A stretch of DNA of 64,000 bases from Dehalococcoidia bacterium (lineage in GTDB: Bacteria; Chloroflexota; Dehalococcoidia; UBA6926). The notes under the pieces were generated by a model. It made no database searches, was not told where the DNA came from, and was given only the letters and a program-made list of their open reading frames with translations. Location: assembly GCA_963666115.2 (NCBI GenBank), contig CAXXET010000006.1:480001-544000 (forward strand), written 5' to 3'. A program made the position numbers and the translations under genes. Below, piece after piece: positions 47,127 to 56,422 of the stretch. Every line of letters begins with the position of its first letter. Within the stretch, counting starts at the first letter, position 1.

Positions 47127-47909
47127 ATGATGCGCCAAGTGTATGTGGGCTCTGTTGAGCCTCGTGTTGGGAAGACTGTCATCGCGTCTGCCCTTGCGCG
47201 CCTTGGCGTGGACGCGGCGGAGGTTGACGCCGGGGCTTCGGATGCCGAGGTTCTCCTCGTATTGTGGTATGACGAGCATTCAATGGGGGAGGGCGACGCG
47301 TCCGCCATCCGCGCGGCGGCGGAACGATTCGGCGACCGAATCTCCCACATCATCATCAACGCCGTGCCGGAACTGCGGATGCGCTATGTGGAAACGTCGC
47401 TCCTGCCCGCCGTCGCGGACGCCGGGCTTCCTCCCGTTGCCGCCTTAAAGCAGGATCGGCTGCTCAGCGCGCCGACGATGCGCGAGATCGTGGAGCATCT
47501 TGACGCGGACGTGGTGGCGCACCCGGAGGGGCTGGACGTTCTTGTGCCTCGCGTGATGCTCGGCGCGCTCGCGCTCGACGGCGGCATCTACTACTACGGG
47601 CAGACCGACCGGAAGATCGTGGTAACGCGGTGGGACCGCCCCGACCTCCAGATGCCCGCCATGGCGACGGGCTGCCAGGGGCTCATTCTGACGGGCGGGC
47701 AGGGGCCGATTCCGTATGTGCAGAATCGCGTCGATGAGCTGCGGATACCCGTGGCTGTCGTGCCCGGCGGCACGGTCGCCACGGCCACACGCCTGAGCGA
47801 CGGCGCGCTCGGCGGGCGCGGCCGGATGCACCCGGACAAGGTCGCCGTGATGGCGGGCCACTTAAAGGACACCCCGCTCGCGCAGGACCTCCTGGCGGTC
47901 TCCGCATGA
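47127..47909 (+). CDS. DRTGG-domain protein (BioD-like Pta N-terminal type)
   Basis: VGKT P-loop remnant; DRPDLQ and LILTGG motifs. Confidence 0.78.
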   Translation: MMRQVYVGSVEPRVGKTVIASALARLGVDAAEVDAGASDAEVLLVLWYDEHSMGEGDASAIRAAAERFGDRISHIIINAVPELRMRYVETSLLPAVADAGLPPVAALKQDRLLSAPTMREIVEHLDADVVAHPEGLDVLVPRVMLGALALDGGIYYYGQTDRKIVVTRWDRPDLQMPAMATGCQGLILTGGQGPIPYVQNRVDELRIPVAVVPGGTVATATRLSDGALGGRGRMHPDKVAVMAGHLKDTPLAQDLLAVSA

Positions 47910-48436
47910 CGGAGGCCGACGAGGCGCACATCCTCGGCCCTGCCGACCAGTTCGACATCGAGGCCGTGGGGCAGCCGGGCGACCGTCGATTCAGAATCCT
48001 CGTGCAGGGCCCGGGCGGCGATGCCACCATCTGGCTTGAAAAAGAGGACATGAGCCGCCTCGCGCTGTCCATCGAGCGCCTCCTCCAGATGGTTCAACGA
48101 AGCGTCGAGGAGGCCTCGTCGCGGCGGGTCAACATGGAGGAGCTGCCCCGGGAATCGCCCTCGCGTTCTTTCGAGTTCCAGTCCGGCTCATGGGCCGTCG
48201 GCTACCTGGAATCGGCGCACGTGATCGAGTTCCAGGCGCACGACATCGAGGACGAGGAGGATTCCCAGCCGCGCCTCCGCTTCTGGACGACGATGGCGCA
48301 GTGCCGCGATTGGTCGGCCAGCGCGCTGGAGGCCTACTCCGCCGGGCGCCCCCGATGCCCGCTGTGCCACGGCCCCCTGAACCCCGGAATGAATCACGTG
48401 TGCCCGATGGCGAACGGCCACCATGCAGCGTCCTGA
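47906..48436 (+). CDS. DUF3090 family protein
   Basis: AVGQPGDRRF, WLEKE and AGRPRCPLC...HVCP.ANGH motifs. Confidence 0.85.
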   Translation: MTEADEAHILGPADQFDIEAVGQPGDRRFRILVQGPGGDATIWLEKEDMSRLALSIERLLQMVQRSVEEASSRRVNMEELPRESPSRSFEFQSGSWAVGYLESAHVIEFQAHDIEDEEDSQPRLRFWTTMAQCRDWSASALEAYSAGRPRCPLCHGPLNPGMNHVCPMANGHHAAS

Positions 48437-49166
48437 AGGCTGCGACTACGCGAATCCCGCGCCGGATATCGTTGCGGCGATCACCGGCGGGGATTTCGTG
48501 GACATGCGCCCGCATCCGTACGGCTCGAACGCGGTTTTCACGGGGCTGATCGAAGGGCCGGCGGGGCGAGCGAGGGTCATCTACAAGCCGCAGCGGGGTG
48601 AAGCGCCGCTGTGGGATTTCCCGCCGGGCACGCTGTATTTAAGGGAGTGCGCGGCGTTTGAACTGAGCCGCGCGCTGGGCTGGCGCATGGTTCCGTTCAC
48701 CATCGCGCGGGACGGGCCGTACGGCATCGGCGCGGTGCAGATTTTCGTCGAGCACAACCCGGCGGAAACGTATTTCACGCTCCGGAATGAGCGCTGGGAC
48801 GATCTGCGGCGGATGGCGCTGTTCGACGCGCTGGCGAACAACGCGGACCGCAAGGGAAGCCATTGCCTGCGTGATGAAGCCGGGAGTTTGTGGGGCATCG
48901 ACCATGGCCTGATGTTCAACGAGGACTACAAGCTGCGGACGGTGATCTGGGATTTTGAGGGGGAGCAGATACCGGACGGCCTGCTGGACGATCTCCGGGA
49001 TTTGCGCCCGCGTTTGGAGGAGGGCGGGGATTGCGCCGCGCTGATGGGCGGGTTCCTTTCACGGTATGAGGTGGAGGCGCTGCGAGAGCGTCTGGAGGTC
49101 TTGGTGGAGGAGGGCATATTCCCCGTGGCTGGCCTAGGCCGCAACGTCCCCTGGCCCCCGCTCTAA
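48423..49166 (+). CDS. SCO1664-family PI3/4-kinase-like protein
   Basis: IYKP.RGEAPLWDFP.GTL, NNADRKGSH, IDHGL and KLRTVIW motifs. Confidence 0.88.
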   Translation: MQRPEGCDYANPAPDIVAAITGGDFVDMRPHPYGSNAVFTGLIEGPAGRARVIYKPQRGEAPLWDFPPGTLYLRECAAFELSRALGWRMVPFTIARDGPYGIGAVQIFVEHNPAETYFTLRNERWDDLRRMALFDALANNADRKGSHCLRDEAGSLWGIDHGLMFNEDYKLRTVIWDFEGEQIPDGLLDDLRDLRPRLEEGGDCAALMGGFLSRYEVEALRERLEVLVEEGIFPVAGLGRNVPWPPL

Positions 49167-50077
49167 CGCCGCCGTTCCGCCCACCACCGCCTGAGCCGGA
49201 GAATATACCGCGAGCGCAGGTGAACCCGTTCCCCCGCGTGCGCCGCCACCTCCGCGCCGCCCGCCAATATGGCCCCCCGCCACCCATGCAGGTCATCCAG
49301 GGACACGCCCTCGTCTCCGAAAGAGGCGAACTCCGACCACGGCCCGCGCCACGCCTGCTTTTCAAGCACCCGCCCGCCCGCCTCCTCCACGAGGAGCACG
49401 CCGGCGGCCACGTCCCATATCTTGGGCTGGGCAAAGAGGACTAGCTGCATTGATCCCCGCGCAACCAGCGTCATCTCATAGGCGACAGAGCCGAGAGACC
49501 GGACCTCCCCCAGTCGCATTCGCAGGCCGTCCTTGAACCCCCACGTGCGCCAGTACCAGGACGGCATTCCGGTGAGCCGCCCGCGCTCCGGCTCCGCGTT
49601 GGGGGTGACGGCGATGGGCCTGCCGTCCTGGAACGCCCCTGCTCCCCGCCGCGCGTGGATGACGGAGCCGCCGTCCGGGCCGGGGACGAAGATTGCTGCC
49701 ACGGCAGGACGGCCCCTGTGCAGGACGCCGATGGATGACGCGAAGACGGGGAAGCCGTTCAGGAAATTCGTCGTGCCGTCGAGCGGATCAAGCACCCACA
49801 CGAATTCGGCGGAGCCGTGCTCCGAGTTGGCGTTCTCCTCGCCGACGATGCCGTGATCGGGGAACGCCGTGGCAATTGCCGACCGCAGCCAGTCCTCGGA
49901 CGCGCGGTCGGCCTGCGTCACGGGGTCGCGTCGTCCCTCGGTCTTGTACTCGATCTCCAGCGGCTTGCGAAAGTGGTCGAGGAGGATGTCGCCGGCGCCC
50001 CGCGCAAACTCAACGGCGCGGCGCTCGATCTCCTCGAGTTGGGCCGCGTGTCCTGTAGCATCATCGGAATCCGTCAC
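49163..50077 (-). CDS. Inositol monophosphatase family protein
   Basis: VTQAD, GEE, WVLDPLDGTTNF and WDVAAG motifs. Confidence 0.92.
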   Translation of the reverse strand: MTDSDDATGHAAQLEEIERRAVEFARGAGDILLDHFRKPLEIEYKTEGRRDPVTQADRASEDWLRSAIATAFPDHGIVGEENANSEHGSAEFVWVLDPLDGTTNFLNGFPVFASSIGVLHRGRPAVAAIFVPGPDGGSVIHARRGAGAFQDGRPIAVTPNAEPERGRLTGMPSWYWRTWGFKDGLRMRLGEVRSLGSVAYEMTLVARGSMQLVLFAQPKIWDVAAGVLLVEEAGGRVLEKQAWRGPWSEFASFGDEGVSLDDLHGWRGAILAGGAEVAAHAGERVHLRSRYILRLRRWWAERRR

Positions 50078-50122
50078 GCGCCCACCATAGCCACGCGCCC
50101 ATCACCCCGTCAAACACCCCCC

Positions 50123-50938
50123 CTAAATCACCCGCCTCTTATACGCCGCCGCAAGCGCAAACACACCCGTCGCAACGAGCGCCATCGCCGGGCCGGACGG
50201 CAGATTCACGTAATAGGAGAGGTACAGCCCCGCGATGGCGGAGAGCGAGCCGATGACCGCGCCGACGACCATGCCGCCAACGAACCGGCGCGCGAGCAGG
50301 TGGCCGGCGGCGGCGGGCGTGACGAGCATGGCCATGACCAGAACGATGCCGGCGGCCTGGATGCCGATCACGATGACCAGGGCGAGCAGCGTGAGCAGGG
50401 CGTAATCCAGGAGCCCGACGCGTATGCCCACGACCTCCGCGCTGACGGGGTCAAACGTGGCGTAGACGGCGAGGCGGTGAATTGCGTAGAGGCCGGCGAC
50501 GACCAGGGCGGCCAGCGCAAGCGAGACGTAGACGTCTGCCGTGGAGACGCCCAGAACCTGCCCGAGCAGCAAGTCCTCCACGTTAATGGTGAGTCCCTCC
50601 GCCGAACCCAACATGATGAGCCCCAGCGCGAACATTCCGGCGAAGACAATGCCGATCGCGGTGTCCTCGCCGATGCCGGTCTTGCGGCTGATGAAGCCCA
50701 TCGTGGCAGCGACGCCAACGCCCGCCGGCACCGCCGCGATCAGCGGGCTGAATCCCAGCATGAAGGCGACGACCATGCCGGGGAGGACGGCGTGCGCGAG
50801 CGCGTCGCCCATGAAGGAGCGCCCCCGCGCGATGACGTATGCGCCGATGATGGGGCACATCGCGCCGACGAGCACGGACACGATGAGCGCCCGGATCATG
50901 AAGCTGTATTGGAAGGGATCGAGGATGAACTCAGTCAT
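50123..50938 (-). CDS. znuB: Metal (Zn/Mn) ABC transporter permease
   Basis: FMGDALAHAVLPG, EDTAIG and LLGQVL motifs. Confidence 0.88.
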   Translation of the reverse strand: MTEFILDPFQYSFMIRALIVSVLVGAMCPIIGAYVIARGRSFMGDALAHAVLPGMVVAFMLGFSPLIAAVPAGVGVAATMGFISRKTGIGEDTAIGIVFAGMFALGLIMLGSAEGLTINVEDLLLGQVLGVSTADVYVSLALAALVVAGLYAIHRLAVYATFDPVSAEVVGIRVGLLDYALLTLLALVIVIGIQAAGIVLVMAMLVTPAAAGHLLARRFVGGMVVGAVIGSLSAIAGLYLSYYVNLPSGPAMALVATGVFALAAAYKRRVI

Positions 50939-51773
50939 GGCCGCCGTGCGCGACTTCGTGCCTCTCCTCGATTGTGGTGCGCCGCGGCCCTTCTTCGTGG
51001 CTGTGCGTTTGGCCGTCGCTGGTGGCAAAGACGACGCCGTGGGAGCCGTACAACTCTTCCAGCACCTGCGGGGTGAACGCCTCCTCGGGCGGCCCGCACG
51101 CGCAGACGTGCCTGTTGATGCAGAGGCAGATGTCGAATCGCTCCACGAGATTCGTGAGGTCGTGGGTGGCGAGCAGAATGATCTTGCCCTCGTCGCGCAG
51201 GCCGCGCAGCACCTGGACGATGTCCTCCTGCGCGCCAACGTCGACGCCGCTGAACGACTCGTCCAACAGCAGAACGGAGGCCTCCTGGCAGAGCGCCCGG
51301 GCGATGAACGCGCGCTGGCGCTGGCCGCCGGACAGCTCCGTCATGAGCGCGGAGCGCCGGTCCCAGAGGTTGACGCGCTCAAGGCTCAACTGGCACAGCT
51401 CCTTGTCCTCCCGGGTGTAGCGCCGCAGGAAGCCCTTCTTGCTGGTGCGGCCCATCATCACGACGTCCTCGACGGTGACGGGGATTCGCCAGTTGATGCT
51501 GTCGCGCTGGGGGACATATGCCACGCCGCCCTTGTTGAGGGGCCGCTCCGCGCGAATCTCGGCGGTGCCGTGGTGAATGGGGATGCGCCCGGAGATCGCC
51601 TCGAAGAGCGTGCTCTTGCCCGCGCCGTTCGGCCCGACGACCCCGACGAGCGTGCCGGGGCCGAATTCAAAGGAAACGTCCGTCAGGATGCGCATGCCGG
51701 CCCGCTCAACGGTCAGATCAGTGACGATAATACATGGCTCAGCGTCCTTAAAATCGTTTAGCGATGTCAACAT
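50931..51773 (-). CDS. znuC: Metal ABC transporter ATPase with His-rich tail
   Basis: GPNGAGKST, YVPQR, LSGGQRQR and LLDE motifs. Confidence 0.9.
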   Translation of the reverse strand: MLTSLNDFKDAEPCIIVTDLTVERAGMRILTDVSFEFGPGTLVGVVGPNGAGKSTLFEAISGRIPIHHGTAEIRAERPLNKGGVAYVPQRDSINWRIPVTVEDVVMMGRTSKKGFLRRYTREDKELCQLSLERVNLWDRRSALMTELSGGQRQRAFIARALCQEASVLLLDESFSGVDVGAQEDIVQVLRGLRDEGKIILLATHDLTNLVERFDICLCINRHVCACGPPEEAFTPQVLEELYGSHGVVFATSDGQTHSHEEGPRRTTIEERHEVAHGGHD

Positions 51774-51840
51774 TGTGAATTTTTTCCTCGCCGTTTTGAT
51801 ACGAGACAACGCGCGTTTTGGATACAAAAAGTCGTCACGC

Positions 51841-52302
51841 TCAGGATACACGCAAGTGACCGATGGACGGAACAGGCCGGTTTTCTCGCGCGCACGTCGC
51901 GCAACTAATATACAGTTCAATCCGATGCCCAATGATAGCGCCGCCAACCTCATTGCCGATGAGGCGCAGAAGCCTCTCAATGGTGCCCGCGTGGAATTCG
52001 CCAATTGCGCCGCACGTCACGCAGACGGTGTGATGGTGGTGTTCTGCGTGGGCCATGGAGTAGCGCGGCTCCCCATTGAGCAAGCTCAATTTGCAGATGA
52101 TGCCCGATTCCATCAGGAGTTTGATGGTGCGGAAGACGGTGGCGCGGCCAATGTGCGGCAGGTCGCGCACGAGGTCTTCGGCGGTGAAACCGTCACTCCT
52201 CTTCTCAAGGTTCTCAACGATTTCCCTGCGCGGCAGGGTGGAGCGGTAGCCCTGGTTCTCCAGGGCGGCGAGAATGTTTGCGCCTTTAATCTCGGTAGTC
52301 AT
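51841..52302 (-). CDS. Fur/Zur family regulator
   Basis: ATVFRTI, HHHHTVCVTCG and CATC motifs. Confidence 0.92.
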   Translation of the reverse strand: MTTEIKGANILAALENQGYRSTLPRREIVENLEKRSDGFTAEDLVRDLPHIGRATVFRTIKLLMESGIICKLSLLNGEPRYSMAHAEHHHHTVCVTCGAIGEFHAGTIERLLRLIGNEVGGAIIGHRIELYISCATCARENRPVPSIGHLRVS

Positions 52303-52355
52303 GATACCCGGTCTTGCTTCCCTCAGTGCGGCTGCTGCTTTCGATGTGCATAATA

Positions 52356-52386
52356 CAAAGATACCTTGTCTCAATAGATGCGTCAA
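52356..52386 (-). promoter_or_regulatory. fur promoter with overlapping candidate Fur/Zur box
   Basis: TTGACG-N17-TATCTT; imperfect inverted repeat GAGAC-AAG-GTATC overlapping the spacer and -10. Confidence 0.4.
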
Positions 52387-52408
52387 CATCTTGCCCGACG
52401 CGGCGGGT

Positions 52409-53236
52409 CTAGTTCCTGATGAGAAGCCCCGGTTGGCACGTCATGCAGTAGTCCGTGATGCGCCGGTTGGCGCTGAGACGGCTGATCCGCCCGCCGCAGC
52501 GCGGGCATTCCTGGTTCGCCTTGCCGTGAACTGACAGCCATTCGCGCCGCTCCAGGTGGATGTCCTCGCCGATGAGCTCGCGCAGGACGACGACGGCGCG
52601 GCGGGGAATGGCGTAGACGGCTGCGTGGAGGCGGGCGACCTCGGCGTCTGAAAGGTCCGCGCGGCGGCGGAACGGGGAGATGCCGGCCTCCCACGCGATT
52701 TCGTCCGCGTAGGCGTTGCCGATGCCCGCCACAAGCGAGCCCCGCGTCAGGATTCCCTTGATCTCGCCCGTGAACCGCCGCAGCCGCGCGGAGAAATCAT
52801 CGAGGCTCAATGGTTCGTCGAGAACGTCCGGCCCGGTCTCCTCCAGCTGCGGAATCTCGGTAAGCCGATCCACCGGCGCGTAGTACACCATGCCCATCTG
52901 GCGGTCGTCCAGATAGCGCAGATCGATGCCGTTGGACAGGGTAAAGGTGAGGCTGACGGTCTTGGTGATCCGGTCCTTGGGAGACGCGAGCCGCAGACGC
53001 CCGGTCAGCATCGGAAAGATGACGAGCGCCATTCCGTCGGAGAGGGTCAGGGTGACGCTCTTGCCGTAGCGGGATACGTCCGTGAACGTCCGCGCCTCGA
53101 TATCCGCCGCAACGTCTATTTCAGACAGGGTTCGGAGGACGGTAGGACGAATGACGCGGGCGGATTTCACCGTCGCGTCAACGACGCGGCGATCCAGAAC
53201 CTCGCGGACGATGGTGAGTTCCGGCGCTTCGGGCAT
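52409..53236 (-). CDS. Fpg/Nei DNA glycosylase
   Basis: N-terminal MPE.PE, GIGNAYADEI and C-terminal CPRC...CMTCQ zinc finger. Confidence 0.92.
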   Translation of the reverse strand: MPEAPELTIVREVLDRRVVDATVKSARVIRPTVLRTLSEIDVAADIEARTFTDVSRYGKSVTLTLSDGMALVIFPMLTGRLRLASPKDRITKTVSLTFTLSNGIDLRYLDDRQMGMVYYAPVDRLTEIPQLEETGPDVLDEPLSLDDFSARLRRFTGEIKGILTRGSLVAGIGNAYADEIAWEAGISPFRRRADLSDAEVARLHAAVYAIPRRAVVVLRELIGEDIHLERREWLSVHGKANQECPRCGGRISRLSANRRITDYCMTCQPGLLIRN

Positions 53237-53280
53237 CGTGCTGCTCCCTCTCCGAGTCTACCGTAGCGGGGCGCGCGGCT

Positions 53281-53309
53281 TTGACAGAGAGGGGGCGTCA
53301 AATTAAGCT
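53281..53309 (+). promoter_or_regulatory. Sigma70 promoter for tRNA-Phe/Gly
   Basis: TTGACA-N17-TAAGCT. Confidence 0.65.
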
Positions 53310-53330
53310 GTATCGCACGTGTCGCACCGA

Positions 53331-53403
53331 GCCGAGGTAGCTCAGGTGGTAGAGCACGCGACTGAAAATCGCGGTGTCGGCAGTTCAACTCTGCCCCTCG
53401 GCA
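53331..53403 (+). tRNA. tRNA-Phe(GAA), CCA not encoded
   Basis: GCCGAGGTAGCTCAGGTGGTAGAGC..CT-GAA-AA..CAGTTCAACTCTG CCCCTCGGCA. Confidence 0.95.
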
Positions 53404-53424
53404 TATGCGAACGGGTTTAGACAG

Positions 53425-53499
53425 GCGGAAGTGGCGCAGTGGTAGCGCGTCTCCTTGCCAAGGAGAAGGTCGCGGGTTCAAATCCCGTCTTCCGCTCCA
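53425..53499 (+). tRNA. tRNA-Gly(GCC)
   Basis: GCGGAAGTGGCGCAGTGGTAGCGC..TT-GCC-AA..GGTTCAAATCCC..TTCCGCTCCA. Confidence 0.96.
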
Positions 53500-53509
53500 G
53501 CCTCCACTA

Positions 53510-53550
53510 TCATTCTGAACTAGCGTCATTCTGAGCGCAGCGAAGAATCT
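53510..53550 (+). repeat. REP-like family B copy with partial left-arm duplication
   Basis: TCATTCTGAAC then CGTCATTCTGAGCGCAGCGAAGAATCT. Confidence 0.75.
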
Positions 53551-53558
53551 AACCGCTC

Positions 53559-53987
53559 TTACTCCAGTCGGAATACTGGCAGGGTGATGGTGTCGTTGGC
53601 TTGTTCGAATTCTATTTGGCCTTTATCACCGATGCTTACGGCGTCCGGGGTTGGCTCTACGCCGACGATGCGCGTGGGGAGGATTGGGCCTTCGTCCAAC
53701 TTGATGAGCGCGGTGATGAAGGGGACCTCCTCGGCGAAGGCGGGCGCGGGCGGGCGGTGGACGACGGCGTAGGCATACACTTCGCCGCGCCCGCTGGCCT
53801 GCTCCCACGTTGTATCGCGGGAGTGGCATATCGGGCAGATGTCTCGCGGGTAGAAGTACCGCTCGTCACAGGTATTGCAGGAGCGAAGCCACAACTCATT
53901 TTCGTGGGTCTTCTCCCAGTAGAAGTCGTTTTCCTGGGTGGGGGTGGGCAGGGGTCTGGGGGGCGCTTGCCGCTGTTGGTTCGTCAT
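53559..53987 (-). CDS. DUF35 Zn-ribbon/OB-fold protein
   Basis: CNTC..YFYPR..CPIC, GEVYAY and LDEGP motifs. Confidence 0.9.
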   Translation of the reverse strand: MTNQQRQAPPRPLPTPTQENDFYWEKTHENELWLRSCNTCDERYFYPRDICPICHSRDTTWEQASGRGEVYAYAVVHRPPAPAFAEEVPFITALIKLDEGPILPTRIVGVEPTPDAVSIGDKGQIEFEQANDTITLPVFRLE

Positions 53988-54020
53988 CGTTTGCCTCTCT
54001 TGTCGATAGGAGTTTCTTGT

Positions 54021-54048
54021 CCGTTCACCCTGAGCTTGTCGAAGGGCG
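54021..54048 (+). repeat. REP-like family A copy
   Basis: CCGTTCACCCTGAGCTTGTCGAAGGGCG, immediately after the thiolase-like gene stop. Confidence 0.8.
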
Positions 54049-55224
54049 TTAGGAGTTGCCGAGAACCAGTGTTGCGGTGGAGGAGAGTTCGCCGCCGGTG
54101 CCGTGCACCAATGAGAGGTTGCAGTCCTCGACCTGCCGGTCTCCGCCTTCGCCGCGCAGCTGCCTCGTCGCCTCGATGAGCAGGAACATGCCGTACATGC
54201 CGGTGTGGGCGTAGGAGAGGCCGCCGCCGCTGGTGTTCATCGGGAAATCGCCGCCAGGGCCGGTTCGCAGATTCGCCACGAAGTCCGGCGCTTCGCCCGG
54301 CCCGCAGAAACCGAGGCTCTCCAGCGTCGTCAGCACCGTGTAGGTGAACGAGTCGTAGATCATGGCGAGGTCGATGTCATCGTGCGTGACGCCGGCCATC
54401 TGCATGGCGCGGGGCCCGGTCTCGTGGGCGATGGTGCGGGTCAGGTCCGGCATCTGGCTGATGATCTGGTGATCGTGGCCCTCCGCGGAGCCGAGGATCC
54501 ACGCGGGCTTCTTCTTCGCGTTGCGGGCAACGTCCGCCGATGCGACGACAGTCGCGCCGCCGCCGTCCGTGACCAGGCAGCAGTCCATGATGTGGAACGG
54601 CCACGCGATCCAGCGCGACTCATGGTAGTCCTCATAGCCCACGTCCGCAGGGCCGATCCAGGTGGGGTGGTTCACGAACGACTTGGGGTTCTTGAGCGCC
54701 CACTTGCGCGTGGCGATGGACACGTCCGCCATGCCCTGCCGCACGCGCTCTTCGCCGTACATGTGCATGTAGCGGCTGCAGGCCATGGCATAGGCGACGG
54801 GCGCGCCAATCATGCCGTACGGAGCTTCGTACTGGGAGCCGGCGGCCGTTGGATCACGACCTGTTCGCGCGCGGCTGGAGCGCCCCGCCTCGCCGTGCGT
54901 GATGAGGGCGACATCGATGAGGCCCGCGTTGATGGCCGCGACAGCGTGCTCCACGTGCGCGAGGAATGAGGAGCCACCAATGGACGTGGTGTCCGTGTAC
55001 TTGGGCACGATGCCGAGGTATTCGGCGACGGATACGGTTCCGACGCCCGCGCAAAAGAGCGCATCGACGTCATCAAAGGTCAGGCCGGCGTCGCGGAGGG
55101 CGTTGTCCGCCGCCTCGGCGTGGTGCTGCATCGATGATTTGTGCGGCACGTGTCCCATCTCGTCGGACTCATCGACGCCGATGATTGCCGCCGCGCGCGA
55201 CAGGCTGCTTGCGTTGGTCGTCAT
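54049..55224 (-). CDS. SCP2/Ltp2-type thiolase-superfamily protein lacking the catalytic Cys
   Basis: GGSS in place of the Cys motif; DCCLVTDGG, YDSFT and NTSGGGLSYAH motifs. Confidence 0.88.
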   Translation of the reverse strand: MTTNASSLSRAAAIIGVDESDEMGHVPHKSSMQHHAEAADNALRDAGLTFDDVDALFCAGVGTVSVAEYLGIVPKYTDTTSIGGSSFLAHVEHAVAAINAGLIDVALITHGEAGRSSRARTGRDPTAAGSQYEAPYGMIGAPVAYAMACSRYMHMYGEERVRQGMADVSIATRKWALKNPKSFVNHPTWIGPADVGYEDYHESRWIAWPFHIMDCCLVTDGGGATVVASADVARNAKKKPAWILGSAEGHDHQIISQMPDLTRTIAHETGPRAMQMAGVTHDDIDLAMIYDSFTYTVLTTLESLGFCGPGEAPDFVANLRTGPGGDFPMNTSGGGLSYAHTGMYGMFLLIEATRQLRGEGGDRQVEDCNLSLVHGTGGELSSTATLVLGNS

Positions 55225-55272
55225 GCCTCACACCTCCGGTCTCCCCCGTGGAGCGCGCCCAATCGCGCCCGC

Positions 55273-55313
55273 TGCCGACACAGTGACACAAGCGGGGCAG
55301 GGTTGTCACGCGG
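55273..55313 (-). promoter_or_regulatory. Conserved upstream motif copy 1 (GTGACA..TGTCAC inverted repeat)
   Basis: TGCCGACACAGTGACA-N15-TGTCACGCGG; matching copy at 56365. Confidence 0.65.
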
Positions 55314-55362
55314 TCGGTGTCATATTGGACGGATGATTGGCTTAGCCGCCAGCGGTGTTCGC

Positions 55363-55788
55363 CTACTCCCGGCTCGGCAGGGCCACTGTGGCGTTGCCGG
55401 GGGTGACGGTTTCGCCGCGCTGGTTGGTGATGGCCAGGTCTACGTCTACGAGGCGGCGGCCGTTTTCCTCGCGCTTGGCGGTCACGCGGCCCGAAACTGT
55501 GAGCGTGTCGCCCTTGTAGTTGATGCCGCGGTATTGCGCGTTGATGAACACGATGTCGCCGTCGTCGCCGATCCAGTCGCGCAGGGCGCTGTGCAGGTAG
55601 GAATAGCGCAGCGGCCCCTCGCCGAACGCCGCCTGCTGGCCGTTGGCGCGGGCATCATCGTCGTCCATGTGCATCGGCACGAACTCATCGTTCACGGATG
55701 CCCACCGATTCCAGTTCATCAGCGTCGTCGTGCGGGAGAACTGCGGAATCTCCGCGCCCTCGTCAACGTCTTGCCAGTAGAGTGTCAT
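55363..55788 (-). CDS. MaoC-family hot-dog dehydratase
   Basis: NDEFVPMHMD..A motif and GDTL. Confidence 0.82.
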   Translation of the reverse strand: MTLYWQDVDEGAEIPQFSRTTTLMNWNRWASVNDEFVPMHMDDDDARANGQQAAFGEGPLRYSYLHSALRDWIGDDGDIVFINAQYRGINYKGDTLTVSGRVTAKREENGRRLVDVDLAITNQRGETVTPGNATVALPSRE

Positions 55789-55806
55789 TGTCTTACTCCA
55801 TCATTC

Positions 55807-56340
55807 CTAGTACAGGATGTTGTTCGTCCTGAATACGCGGACCAGTTCGCCGTCCTGGTTGGTCATGCGCTCCTCGACGACGTAGAAGAGCATCAGGCCG
55901 AGCCCGCCGCGCCGCTCGTACACCTCTTTAAAGGTGAGGACGGACGTGATGACGTCGCCGGGGCGGATGGGAGCGTGGTACTCGGACGATGATCCGGCGT
56001 AGAGGTAGCGTTCCGGCGCGCCGGGCGGACGCAAGTTGCGCGCCTCCTCCAGTTGTCCCTGCGCCTCGTCGATATGCGTCGGCTGCGGGCCGATGTGCGC
56101 CCGTCCGACCATCCAGCCGAACGGATTGAACTCGTCCGGCGCGATGATGCCGCCGAAGCGCGTGGTCTGGGCATACTCCGCGTCCCAGAAGCGGCGCGGC
56201 GGCACCTCCGGCCAATAGGCGGCGATGGCGAAGCGTCGTATCTCGCTTTCGGACACGGGAGGCGAGACAAGCGGCGGACTCTCCGTGCCGATATAGGCCT
56301 GAACTTCGGGCGTGATGTAGGTTTCGGGTTCTGTGGTCAT
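55807..56340 (-). CDS. MaoC-like N-terminal (FAS1-type) dehydratase partner
   Basis: IRRFAIA, FGGIIAP and PIRPGDVI motifs. Confidence 0.82.
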   Translation of the reverse strand: MTTEPETYITPEVQAYIGTESPPLVSPPVSESEIRRFAIAAYWPEVPPRRFWDAEYAQTTRFGGIIAPDEFNPFGWMVGRAHIGPQPTHIDEAQGQLEEARNLRPPGAPERYLYAGSSSEYHAPIRPGDVITSVLTFKEVYERRGGLGLMLFYVVEERMTNQDGELVRVFRTNNILY

Positions 56341-56364
56341 GGCTCACCTGTGCATCGTCCTTGT

Positions 56365-56404
56365 TGCCGACACAGTGACATAAGGAGCGTGGGTTGTCAC
56401 GCGG
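56365..56404 (-). promoter_or_regulatory. Conserved upstream motif copy 2
   Basis: TGCCGACACAGTGACA-N14-TGTCACGCGG. Confidence 0.65.
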
Positions 56405-56422
56405 AGGTGGGTCGACCGAAGG

